Of a DNA stretch of 50,086 nucleotides, positions 38,712 to 46,433 are shown one piece after another. The DNA is from a virus (lineage: Duplodnaviria; Caudoviricetes): positions 1 to 50,086 of IMG/VR virus record IMGVR_UViG_3300017747_005419. One strand, 5' to 3'. The notes under the pieces are model-generated. The model saw only the letters and a program-made list of their open reading frames with translations, had not been told where the DNA came from and made no database searches. Numbering within the stretch: the stretch's first letter is position 1; each line of letters begins with the position of its first letter. A program made the translations under genes and the position numbers.

Positions 38712-39088
38712 CACGCCATGCCTTTCTTCGCCATGAGCTCCTCGAGCGCCGGCTGCATCTCGGCTGGCGCCGCATCGATGCACGCCTTCAGGAGGCCCCT
38801 GCTGAGATCGCGTTCGATCTCCTCGAGGCGTTCGCTGAACGGGTTCGGCGCCCCCGCGATCATCTGCTTCATGATCGGGACGTACTGGTCGAGCAGCACG
38901 GCCTTCTGGGCCGTGTGGCTCTTGGCGTCGGCCTGGGGGTGGCAGAGCTCGTCGAACAGCGCCTGGCACTCGAGGTACAGCTGGATGTCGTTCGTCTCGA
39001 CGGCGCCGATCATCACGTCGGCGATGTCGCGCATCGCCTTGGCGAACGCCATCGCTGCAGGCGGGTTCGGGATGGGAATGGTGGTCAT
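38711..39088 (-). CDS. hypothetical helical protein
   Basis: GAAGGAGCCACAACC-ATG; 125 aa. Confidence 0.7.
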   Translation of the reverse strand: MTTIPIPNPPAAMAFAKAMRDIADVMIGAVETNDIQLYLECQALFDELCHPQADAKSHTAQKAVLLDQYVPIMKQMIAGAPNPFSERLEEIERDLSRGLLKACIDAAPAEMQPALEELMAKKGMA

Positions 39089-39103
39089 GGTTGTGGCTCC
39101 TTC

Positions 39104-39934
39104 TCAGAGTGGTCGTATGCGCAAGGTCTGCTCGTCGAACGAGTGACCTACCCCGCCGAGGTGGAGTCCACCATCGGTGCGCGTCTTGAGGAACTGCAGC
39201 TGTATCAGACCGTCGTTGAAGGCGCCGGGCTTCAAGCTGGGCCGGTAACCGGCCAGAACGTAGTCAGCGGCCGTGGGGCCACCGTAGCGAGCGTCCTTCA
39301 GCTTGACGGGGGTCCACCCGCCGCCTTCGCTGTCGCTCATGTTGAGCTGATGCAGCACGACGATCGCGATGTCGCGTTCGCGTGCGAAGTCTTTGAGTTT
39401 GCGGCTGATCGCGTCGAGCCCTTCGGACGCCGTCATCGAGGCGCTCTTCACGAGCTCCATGTAGTCGATGATGATCAACCGCGGCTTCACGCCGAGCCAC
39501 ATGGCCTCGGCTTCGTCGAGGGCATCGCCCATCTGGCGAATCGTCATGCCGGGCGTGTCGACGATGGTCAGGTACGGGAAGTCGCGGTGCAGCTGGTCGA
39601 GCGCACTCGACTCGCCGTGGGTGCGCAGATCCCACTCGATGTGCCGGGTCGGCGTGTTCGAGTGGATGGCGGCGATGCGCGAAGCGATGAAGCGCCCCTG
39701 CATCTCGAGCGAGAAGAACACCTGCGGAACACGCCGTGCCATCTCTGCGACGTTGCACGCCCAGGCCGTCTTGCCGACACCCGAGCGGGCGAGGAACATG
39801 CAGACCTCACCGAGGGCGATGCCCTCGGTGCGCGAGTCGAAGTACGGGAAGCCGATGGGGATGCGGGCATCCTCACGGGCAGCCCACTCGCGATGGGACT
39901 CGATCGTTTCGTAGAGAGGCACGACGTGCTTCAC
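39104..39934 (-). CDS. DnaB-like replicative helicase (ATPase domain only)
   Basis: ARSGVGKT, FSLEM, IIIDYM, LHQLN, ADYV, KTR. Confidence 0.9.
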   Translation of the reverse strand: MKHVVPLYETIESHREWAAREDARIPIGFPYFDSRTEGIALGEVCMFLARSGVGKTAWACNVAEMARRVPQVFFSLEMQGRFIASRIAAIHSNTPTRHIEWDLRTHGESSALDQLHRDFPYLTIVDTPGMTIRQMGDALDEAEAMWLGVKPRLIIIDYMELVKSASMTASEGLDAISRKLKDFARERDIAIVVLHQLNMSDSEGGGWTPVKLKDARYGGPTAADYVLAGYRPSLKPGAFNDGLIQLQFLKTRTDGGLHLGGVGHSFDEQTLRIRPL

Positions 39935-39936
39935 GG

Positions 39937-40398
39937 CTACGCCTCGGCGTCGGTGACGTTGACGTTGACGGGGTCGGAGTGCGAGTACCCGGCATCGTCA
40001 TCGGAGTGGTTCAGGTTGACGCCCACGCCACCGGCGATCGACTCGACATTGACGACGACGTCACCCGTCTCGGCGTCCTCGTGCACGAGCGGCATCGGCT
40101 CGACGCTCGGGAGGTTGTGGTACACCTCGTCGATCGGTTCGAAGGTGGCTGCGAACACGTCCGCCGGCCACACCGCGATCTTGCCGGCGGCACCACGGCC
40201 GCGCACGACGACGTCGCCAACGGCGATCGACGGCGAGTTGAGCGCAGCGTGCACGATCACCTGCGGGGCGGCGTTGACCAACCCCTTGTTAATCACCTTC
40301 ACACGCGTCTCGCCGCACAGTGCGACGAGCTCGTCGACGTTCTTGCCGTCGAACACCACGGCCTCATAGGTCATGGCGACCTTGCGATAGATGGTCAT
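39937..40398 (-). CDS. conserved phage hypothetical protein
   Basis: ATG at 40398. YRK...EAVVFDG.N...GDVVV...VF..TFE motif family; acidic tail. Confidence 0.7.
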   Translation of the reverse strand: MTIYRKVAMTYEAVVFDGKNVDELVALCGETRVKVINKGLVNAAPQVIVHAALNSPSIAVGDVVVRGRGAAGKIAVWPADVFAATFEPIDEVYHNLPSVEPMPLVHEDAETGDVVVNVESIAGGVGVNLNHSDDDAGYSHSDPVNVNVTDAEA

Positions 40399-40631
40399 GC
40401 TTCCTCTTCCTCGTAGACGTAGTTGGCACCTCGAGCGACGTTGGTCATCCGCTCGCGTTGTTCGTCGGTGATAGCCGACATGGTGGTGCGCACCATCGGA
40501 TCGATCTCGACGCCGTTGAGCGTCGAGATCCGTTCGGGCGGTGGCCACTCGAGGCCGAGAGCGGAGCACGGAATGGTCCGTGCTCCGCTCACGAAGTTGA
40601 GCTTGACGAAGTCGTCGGCGAACGTGGTCAC
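40395..40631 (-). CDS. hypothetical protein
   Basis: GTG at 40631. GLEWPPPE...SAITDEQR...RGANY. Confidence 0.65.
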   Translation of the reverse strand: MTTFADDFVKLNFVSGARTIPCSALGLEWPPPERISTLNGVEIDPMVRTTMSAITDEQRERMTNVARGANYVYEEEEA

Positions 40632-41284
40632 GCACGCCCCTGCATCTGCAGCGCCTGCAGGATGTGCTGGGGCGGCTTGTTGTAGTTGCCGTTCAACCAC
40701 AGGGCGATGTCCTTGCCGTTGCTGCCCTTCATCCAGGCGTGCACGTAGTCGGGCGAGTTGGGGCCGCGCTTCTGGCCGCGCACGTCACGCCAGTTGGCGG
40801 GCTCGTTGAGGAGGCTCTCCCACTGCTGCTGCGGGCCCAGCGTGCCGCCCTGGGGCGGCTGGGGTGCGAAGCCCTGCTGGGGCGGCGTGAAGCCCTGCTG
40901 GGGCTGCGGTGCGTACTGGGGCTGGGCGTACGCCTGCGCCTGTGGTGCGGCCGCTTGAGGGGCGTACTGCGGCTGGGGCGGGGCGGCGAAGGTCTGCTGC
41001 GGGGGCGGCGCCATGCCGCCCACCTGGACGGGCTGCGCGCCCATCTGGGTCTGCAGCGCCTGCGACGCTGCAGCGGTGTCGGCGAAGCTGGCGACACGCT
41101 CGCAGTGCGCCAACGTCAGCTCGATCCACCACTCGGCGTGCGCAGCGGCCACGTTGCGCCACTGCACGGCGACGTCGCCGCCTTCGACGATGCCTGCCAC
41201 GTAGTCGGGGTTCGACCGCATGTCGGCCCCGGCCTCTTTCAGCGCAACGTGGACCGCGATCGTGCGGTCCTTCTCGGTCATCAT
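40628..41284 (-). CDS. putative ssDNA-binding protein with Gln/Pro linker and C-terminal PDF-like motif
   Basis: C-terminus WRDVRGQKRGPNSPDYVH...ALWL; lies in the replication module. Confidence 0.55.
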   Translation of the reverse strand: MMTEKDRTIAVHVALKEAGADMRSNPDYVAGIVEGGDVAVQWRNVAAAHAEWWIELTLAHCERVASFADTAAASQALQTQMGAQPVQVGGMAPPPQQTFAAPPQPQYAPQAAAPQAQAYAQPQYAPQPQQGFTPPQQGFAPQPPQGGTLGPQQQWESLLNEPANWRDVRGQKRGPNSPDYVHAWMKGSNGKDIALWLNGNYNKPPQHILQALQMQGRA

Positions 41285-41502
41285 GATGTGCTCGTTTCGA
41301 TTGGGGCCACGCTGGGCCCAGTTGGCTCGCTCGATGGCGAGAGCTCTGGCAGCAGCCCGTGCAACACCGTGAGGTGCACGAGGCGGCGTGCGAGGGTGTC
41401 GACGACGTCGTCGTCGTCGAGGTCGATTTCGGTGAACCACGGTCGCGCCGAGGTCTTGATGCATGCGACGAAGTCCTCGAAGAGGGCGAGGTGCTTGCTC
41501 AC
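41281..41502 (-). CDS. hypothetical protein
   Basis: GTGA overlap start. VSKHLALFEDFVACIKT... Confidence 0.55.
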   Translation of the reverse strand: MSKHLALFEDFVACIKTSARPWFTEIDLDDDDVVDTLARRLVHLTVLHGLLPELSPSSEPTGPSVAPIETSTS

Positions 41503-41672
41503 CACGGGCCCACGTTCTCGGCGTCCTGCAGGATGCCGATCGTGAACACGTAGACGAAGTCGGCACCACCACCGAAGTAGTCGCGCCGCGGCTTGATGCG
41601 CCCCTTCGCGACCCAGCGGTGGATGGTGCGCTCGGACACGCCGAGGCGTGCCGCAGCTTCGCGCGTGTTCAT
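41499..41672 (-). CDS. excisionase/MerR-type HTH DNA-binding protein
   Basis: MNTREAAARLGVSERTIHRWVAKGRI. Confidence 0.8.
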   Translation of the reverse strand: MNTREAAARLGVSERTIHRWVAKGRIKPRRDYFGGGADFVYVFTIGILQDAENVGPW

Positions 41673-41872
41673 CGCGGGTAGTTCTGGTCGCGTCGCGCCT
41701 CGGCACGCGCCTGCTCGTTCTCCCACCGCTTCTGCAGCTCGCGCTCTGCCTCGGGCAGGTGATACAGCTCCGGGTGGTCGCGTCGATGCTTGGTGGCTTG
41801 GCGTTCGGCCCACCACAGGCCGAACAGGAACAGGCCGACGAGGCCGGCGATGACAGCTTCGGCGCTCATCAC
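41669..41872 (-). CDS. small membrane protein
   Basis: N-terminal TM segment AVIAGLVGLFLFGLWW followed by a charged tail. Confidence 0.6.
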   Translation of the reverse strand: MMSAEAVIAGLVGLFLFGLWWAERQATKHRRDHPELYHLPEAERELQKRWENEQARAEARRDQNYPR

Positions 41873-42195
41873 GACCCCTGGTGGGTGCCCTCGACGCCGG
41901 CCTCTTCGCGACGCGCTGTGCGTGCGTTCAGCCAGTGCAGGGCCTCTTCGATGTGGGTGATGGCGAGGCTGTTCTCGCGGCAGCGGAACTGCCCGCTGTT
42001 GTAGTACTCGAGGCGCTGCACTGCAGCGCGCAGCACCGTCTCGACGAACGTGCCGTTGGGCTCCGTCCGCTCATGGTCGCGGCCCAGTGGGCCGTTCTGC
42101 CAGTTGATGGCGAGCCCGACGCCGTAGACGTGGCCACCGGCCGGTCGGCCGTTCTCGTCGTTCTCGTTCACGCAGGTGATCTGCTGGTTGTTCAT
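41869..42195 (-). CDS. tad1: Tad1-family anti-defence nucleotide-signal sponge
   Basis: WQNGP...NG...E..L...RL..Y.SG.F.CRENSLAITHIEEALHWL..RT..R...GVEGT matches my recollection of the Tad1 pattern; AAGGAGCC RBS. Confidence 0.75.
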   Translation of the reverse strand: MNNQQITCVNENDENGRPAGGHVYGVGLAINWQNGPLGRDHERTEPNGTFVETVLRAAVQRLEYYNSGQFRCRENSLAITHIEEALHWLNARTARREEAGVEGTHQGS

Positions 42196-43091
42196 GCCTG
42201 GCTCCTTGGGGTGATCTGCAGCGGCGCTGCATCGTTGTCGTAGCCCTCGCCGAACTTGCACCGCTCCCAGTGATCACACCAGCGCTTGTCGCACAGGAAA
42301 TGATCGGTGTTCGGGTACCACGGGCCGTCGTTGTCGAGCAGCGTTGCGACGAGCGTCGCCTTGTCGAACACGCGCTGGATGTGCGCTGCGTTGCGATCGG
42401 CGATGCGCGTCTCGAACTTCATGTCGTAGGTCATCACGTCGAAGGCGAAGCGGGTGATGGGCAGCTGCGCCTGCTGGTGCACGAGGGCGTACAGGTGCGG
42501 CCAGAAGGCCAGGTACCACGCCGGTTGGTTGTTGGCGCGCGCCGACTCCTTGCCCTTCTTCCACGGTCGCCCGGCCGTCTTGTGATCGCGCAGCCAGTGC
42601 GTGCCGTCGCGCAGATCCTCGAGCACGAGGTCGATGGTGCCATGCGCGATCCACTCGCCTCCGAGGGGGAACCAGAACGGCACCTCGATGCCGAGCACGC
42701 GGTAGTGCTCGGGCTTCAGCGGGCGGATGTCGAGGTAGTACTTGGTCATCGCCTGCGCCCCGGCGAGGGCGGCGCTCATGCTGCCGAACTTGTCCCATTC
42801 GAGGACGTGGCCCGCCGCCTTGGCGGCGTCGACCTCGGTGACGAAGGCGACCTCGGTCGCTGCGTTGATGATGCCCATGTCGGGGAACGGGTCGTCGAAG
42901 TGGCGCACGTAGAACTCGGCGAGCCCGCCGTGGTAGCCGGTGCCGACGATGCGCGGCTCGGACCAACCACCGCCGTGCTCGCGGTCGAAGGCGAGACGCA
43001 TGTTGCACACGTCGGCCTGGCCGAGCATGGACTGGCGCACGGCCTTGTGGCCGGCGCCGGCCAAGTTGAACGGGTCGAGGAGCTCGATCAC
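42192..43091 (-). CDS. Cas4/RecB-like PD-(D/E)XK exonuclease
   Basis: GTG at 43091. GTGYH, GIE, GTIDLV, DHKT, Q..WY; one N-terminal Cys plus CDKRWCDHWERC. Confidence 0.85.
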   Translation of the reverse strand: MIELLDPFNLAGAGHKAVRQSMLGQADVCNMRLAFDREHGGGWSEPRIVGTGYHGGLAEFYVRHFDDPFPDMGIINAATEVAFVTEVDAAKAAGHVLEWDKFGSMSAALAGAQAMTKYYLDIRPLKPEHYRVLGIEVPFWFPLGGEWIAHGTIDLVLEDLRDGTHWLRDHKTAGRPWKKGKESARANNQPAWYLAFWPHLYALVHQQAQLPITRFAFDVMTYDMKFETRIADRNAAHIQRVFDKATLVATLLDNDGPWYPNTDHFLCDKRWCDHWERCKFGEGYDNDAAPLQITPRSQA

Positions 43092-43264
43092 TGGATCACC
43101 CCGTTCGGCCCCTCGGGCTGGTCCTGCCGGAAGACGCACTCGGCAACGATGGACCCAGGGCTGTGGCCGAAGTGGACCGTTCCGTGGAACCGCATGCGGT
43201 AGCACAGCGGTCGGCCGCGCAACACATGCAGGGCGAGGATGAGGCGCTCGCGAACCAGCTTCAT
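43088..43264 (-). CDS. hypothetical protein (58 aa)
   Basis: ATGA/GTGA overlaps on both sides. MKLVRERLILALHVLRGRPLCYR... Confidence 0.55.
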   Translation of the reverse strand: MKLVRERLILALHVLRGRPLCYRMRFHGTVHFGHSPGSIVAECVFRQDQPEGPNGVIQ

Positions 43265-43905
43265 CGCTGCGCCGCCTTGCGACGCTGCGGGCCGACGACC
43301 TTGCCGTTGACGACGCGGCGCCTCTTGTCGGCGGGGTCGCCGGGCTTGATGCGGGTGCCGTACTGGCTGGGGTGCAGCAGCCCGTTCTTGACGGCGTTGC
43401 GGAGGTGGCGCTGCACCTGCGAGTGGCGGATGCCGCCCAACGCCTCGCCGATCTCGCGGTAGCTCTTGCCCTGCACGTACAGGCGGGCAGCCAGCGACTG
43501 CTGGGCGCCCGTGTCCTCGAACACCTGGGGGGTCACGGTCGGCTTCAGGCCGACACGCTCGAGGAGCTCGTTGATGCGGATCTGCGTCATGCCTTCGGCG
43601 CGCAGCGCCTTCCAGATGCGGTAGCGCGGCACGCCGTCGAGGTGCATGCGCAGCACCACGGGGCGCAGGTTGCCCTGGCCCACTACCGTGCGCAGATCCT
43701 CGTCGGTGAAGGCGTGCACGTCGGCGAGGCGGGCGATGGCAGCCAGGTCCGGGTCGGGGCCCGCTGCGTCACCGATCAGCTCGACCGCCTGGGCGACCGA
43801 GTCGAAGTGGTGCACGGCGAGCCACAGCGGGTTCAGGGTGCGCCGAAGCTCTCGGGTGAGCACGGCGATCTCGTGAAGCTCGGTGGTGGCGGCTGGGGAG
43901 AGCAT
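43261..43905 (-). CDS. HTH transcriptional regulator
   Basis: LYVQGKSYREIGEALGGIRHSQVQRHL (sigma4/LuxR-like HTH); first gene of the leftward operon. Confidence 0.7.
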   Translation of the reverse strand: MLSPAATTELHEIAVLTRELRRTLNPLWLAVHHFDSVAQAVELIGDAAGPDPDLAAIARLADVHAFTDEDLRTVVGQGNLRPVVLRMHLDGVPRYRIWKALRAEGMTQIRINELLERVGLKPTVTPQVFEDTGAQQSLAARLYVQGKSYREIGEALGGIRHSQVQRHLRNAVKNGLLHPSQYGTRIKPGDPADKRRRVVNGKVVGPQRRKAAQR

Positions 43906-43911
43906 GGCGTC

Positions 43912-43940
43912 ACCGTAGCCTGCTAAGGTCCAGCTCGCAA
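43912..43940. promoter_or_regulatory. overlapping oppositely oriented promoters
   Basis: Minus strand TTGCGA-N17-TACGGT, then 6 nt, then ATG 43905 (leaderless). Plus strand extended -10 TGcTAAGGT at 43921-43929. Confidence 0.5.
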
Positions 43941-43974
43941 GTTCTTGGGTCTGTGCTAAAGAAGGAGCTGTCCA

Positions 43975-44220
43975 GTGGAATGTCCACGTTGCGGGCTACC
44001 CCGTGAGGGGTGTGACCTGCTGTTTTGTCCCGAATGCGGGAAGTTGTGGTCGCGCGATGACCTCTCGAGTGTCCAGCTGCAGGGGCCGGCGGGCATGAGC
44101 CCCCGCGTCGAACGCTTCCTGGCCACCGGGGACGCCGACTACACCGACGCCCGGATCCCGATCGCGGTGACCGACCGGGCCAACGCCGACCTGCCACGCC
44201 ACATCGGCGGTGACGCATGA
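43975..44220 (+). CDS. zinc-ribbon protein
   Basis: AAGGAG RBS, GTG start. CPRC...CPEC. Confidence 0.7.
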   Translation: MECPRCGLPREGCDLLFCPECGKLWSRDDLSSVQLQGPAGMSPRVERFLATGDADYTDARIPIAVTDRANADLPRHIGGDA

Positions 44221-44333
44221 GCACGCTGCCGCTGTGGGTCCGATGGTCGTGCCTGCTTGCGTTCCTCGTCGTCGTGGTGCTCTTCTTCCTGCACAAGGGC
44301 ACCGACTGGGACGACTATGAGGAGGGCCAGTGA
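44217..44333 (+). CDS. 38-aa membrane microprotein
   Basis: MSTLPLWVRWSCLLAFLVVVVLFFLHKGTDWDDYEEGQ; overlaps on both sides. Confidence 0.6.
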   Translation: MSTLPLWVRWSCLLAFLVVVVLFFLHKGTDWDDYEEGQ

Positions 44334-44695
44334 GCGGTCAACGCTGGCGCACGCTGCGCGTCGCCGATCTCGAGAAGCGCCTGCGCCCCGAGCAGGGCAC
44401 GCCGATCGAGTTGCCGGCCGACGCCAAGTGGGCCGTCCTGGTGCCCCCAGGGGCGCCCAACAGCCTCGTCGACCTCGTCTGGCTGGGTGAGATCGGCATG
44501 CGCATGCCAGGGCGCCTGCGGTGCGCCACGACGCCCGACGGGCGCGTCTATGCGGGCACCGAGCACACGCCGCTGCGCGACGGACTCGCCGCAGCGGCCC
44601 ACGGCCAGCTGGCGGCGTGGCGCGCCGAGCACGGCGCCGAGCTCGAGAAGCGGTACCCACCGGTCGCGCCGGCGTTGAAAGGACTGTGGCTGTGA
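44330..44695 (+). CDS. hypothetical protein
   Basis: GAGGAGG RBS, GTG start, 121 aa. Confidence 0.65.
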   Translation: MSGQRWRTLRVADLEKRLRPEQGTPIELPADAKWAVLVPPGAPNSLVDLVWLGEIGMRMPGRLRCATTPDGRVYAGTEHTPLRDGLAAAAHGQLAAWRAEHGAELEKRYPPVAPALKGLWL

Positions 44696-44850
44696 GCACT
44701 CCCATGTTCGACCTGCCCGAGCACTGGTGGATCCCGGTCAACAAGAACCACGACGGGCCCGTTTACGAGGACGGGCCCGCCTTCGACCACTTCTGCTGCG
44801 CCTGCGGTGATCACGACTGCAACAAGGCCGCACCGTTGAGGTCGGACTGA
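44692..44850 (+). CDS. small Cys/His-rich protein
   Basis: GTG at 44692. HWW...CCACGDHDC. Confidence 0.55.
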   Translation: MSTPMFDLPEHWWIPVNKNHDGPVYEDGPAFDHFCCACGDHDCNKAAPLRSD

Positions 44851-45170
44851 TGGCTGTGAGGTTCGAGACGGCCGACGAATGGATGGACGCCGCGGCGCAG
44901 CTCACGCTGCACCCCGACTGGTCGGTGCGCGTCGAGGTGCTCGTCCCCTGGTGGGAGGTAGCGGTCCACTTCGATCATCGCGCCCTCGACTCGCACGCTC
45001 CGCACGAGCGCGAACGCCGCATCAGGTTCACGTACTCCGTGGCCATCCCGACGCCTGAGCCGGTCAAGTACCTGCACCACCTGTGGCGCCGGTCGTGGCA
45101 GCACGAGGCCGACGAGTGGTTCCGCCACAACGGCGAGCTGGTCGACGATCCGCATGCGAGGTGGCTCTGA
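44850..45170 (+). CDS. hypothetical protein
   Basis: TGATG coupling. C-terminal HEADEWFRHNGELVDDPH. Confidence 0.7.
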   Translation: MAVRFETADEWMDAAAQLTLHPDWSVRVEVLVPWWEVAVHFDHRALDSHAPHERERRIRFTYSVAIPTPEPVKYLHHLWRRSWQHEADEWFRHNGELVDDPHARWL

Positions 45171-45421
45171 TGGCGATGCCGAAGAAGCTCCGACCGCGCC
45201 GACGCATCAACATCCCGCCCGAGGCGGTGATGGCGTCGACGACGGCGCGCTGGCTGTGGCAATACGCCCGCTCCGACATCACGTTCACGATCGCCACGGT
45301 GGCCGCGCGCTCGGGCATTCCCGAGGCGACGTTCGAGCCCACGGTGGCGTGGTTCGTCGGCCAGAAGTGGATCGAGCGGGTGCCGAACCAGACGCAGGTG
45401 GTCTACGTCGGACGGGTCTGA
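45170..45421 (+). CDS. small winged-HTH-like protein
   Basis: FTIATVAARSGIPEATFEPTVAWFVGQKWIER. Confidence 0.6.
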   Translation: MAMPKKLRPRRRINIPPEAVMASTTARWLWQYARSDITFTIATVAARSGIPEATFEPTVAWFVGQKWIERVPNQTQVVYVGRV

Positions 45422-45488
45422 TACCGTCGCCGACGGCTGACAGGATCGCTCGGGCTGTTCGGATGGCTCCTTCCGGCCCGGGACGCGC

Positions 45489-45526
45489 AAGAGCCCCAGC
45501 ACGAGAGTGCTGGGGCTCTTTGCGTT
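45489..45526. terminator. bidirectional terminator hairpin
   Basis: AAGAGCCCCAGCAC-GAGA-GTGCTGGGGCTCTT (14 bp) between convergent operons. Confidence 0.75.
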
Positions 45527-45539
45527 GGGAGCCATCCCG

Positions 45540-45616
45540 TGGAGGCGGCGGGGATCGAACCCGTGGGATACTGGGGGTCTAAGGGCCCCAGCAGGTGCAC
45601 CAGCACCACCGCCCCC
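45540..45616 (-). tRNA. atypical tRNA-like RNA with alanine identity (G3.U70, A73) and 9-nt loop centred on UUA
   Basis: GGGGGCG/CGCCTCC-A acceptor; GGTGC-TGGT-GCACC D-like arm; TGCTGGGG-CCCTTAGAC-CCCCAGTA; T-arm ACGGG-TTCGATC-CCCGC; no encoded CCA. Confidence 0.7.
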
Positions 45617-45621
45617 TGGTG

Positions 45622-45762
45622 TCAGCGCACCGGCCGTTGTGCCAGGTTGCTGCCCCGCTGGGGCTCGTTGCCGTGCAGGTAGACCCTGTGCTCATCGACC
45701 TCGTCGTCGGTGCCTTCGAACCCGCAGTACGGGCACCAAACCGTGACGTGACTGCGGTTCAT
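45622..45762 (-). CDS. small C2H2-like zinc-finger protein
   Basis: GGAGGT RBS. CPYC...H...H. Confidence 0.6.
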   Translation of the reverse strand: MNRSHVTVWCPYCGFEGTDDEVDEHRVYLHGNEPQRGSNLAQRPVR

Positions 45763-46157
45763 CGGGTACCTCCGAGGTGGTTGGCGGACTTCGGCGTGAG
45801 GTCGTTCTCGAGGCCGGCGAACGGGTCGGCCTCGCGTTCGGCGTCGCGTTCGGCTGCCAGCTTGATGGCGTCGCGTGCGACGCTGCGCAGCACCTTCGCC
45901 GCCTTCGGGGCGTCGTAGGCCAGCTGGTCGACGAGCGCCGGGGTCCAGAGCCCCCAGAGGCCGGTGGCGGCAGGCGTGGCCTGCAGCACCTTGAGCGGGT
46001 CGCCGTCGAACAGCACCACGAGGAACGACTCGACGTAGGCGTTGCGCTCCGCCTTGGCCACGGCGCCACCTTCGTGGCCGAGTGGCCACTGGCGGCTGTG
46101 GCGCTCCTTGATGGCCGCACGGGCGGCGAGGTGGTTGAGGACGGTGGTCTTGCTCAT
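45759..46157 (-). CDS. hypothetical protein
   Basis: GAAGGAGCCACCCG-ATG. MSKTTVLNHLAARAAIKE... Confidence 0.7.
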   Translation of the reverse strand: MSKTTVLNHLAARAAIKERHSRQWPLGHEGGAVAKAERNAYVESFLVVLFDGDPLKVLQATPAATGLWGLWTPALVDQLAYDAPKAAKVLRSVARDAIKLAAERDAEREADPFAGLENDLTPKSANHLGGTR

Positions 46158-46432
46158 CGGGTGGCTCCTTCGGTGTCGGTGACGACCTGGCGGATGGCGG
46201 CATCGCGCGTGCGGTGCCCGAACGTGGACCGGAACTTGGGGCCGTTGGACGCCCACAGGGTGTCCCAGGTGCTCTTCGTTTCGGCGCCGTGCAGCACGTA
46301 GCCGAGCACGGCGTCGTCACTGGTGCGGTGCACCACGTAGGCCGGGACGGCCTCGCGTGTGCCCTTCAGGTCGATGGCCTTGAGACGCACGCCCGGCACC
46401 TGGGTGCCGAGGCTGCGGTTGCGGTTGGTCAT
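46154..46432 (-). CDS. hypothetical protein
   Basis: GGGGAG RBS. MTNRNRSLG...VLGYV...W...RTRDAAI. Confidence 0.7.
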   Translation of the reverse strand: MTNRNRSLGTQVPGVRLKAIDLKGTREAVPAYVVHRTSDDAVLGYVLHGAETKSTWDTLWASNGPKFRSTFGHRTRDAAIRQVVTDTEGATR

Positions 46433-46433
46433 C

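Noticed and set aside
42192-43091. Cas4 as evidence of a CRISPR-Cas system
   Set aside because: Solo Cas4/RecB-like exonucleases are common in phage recombination modules; no array or other cas genes are present.
45540-45565. tmRNA/tRNA 3' fragment serving as attP
   Set aside because: No integrase found, and the complementary 5' acceptor strand and inner arms are present, so it is a whole cloverleaf rather than a 3' fragment.
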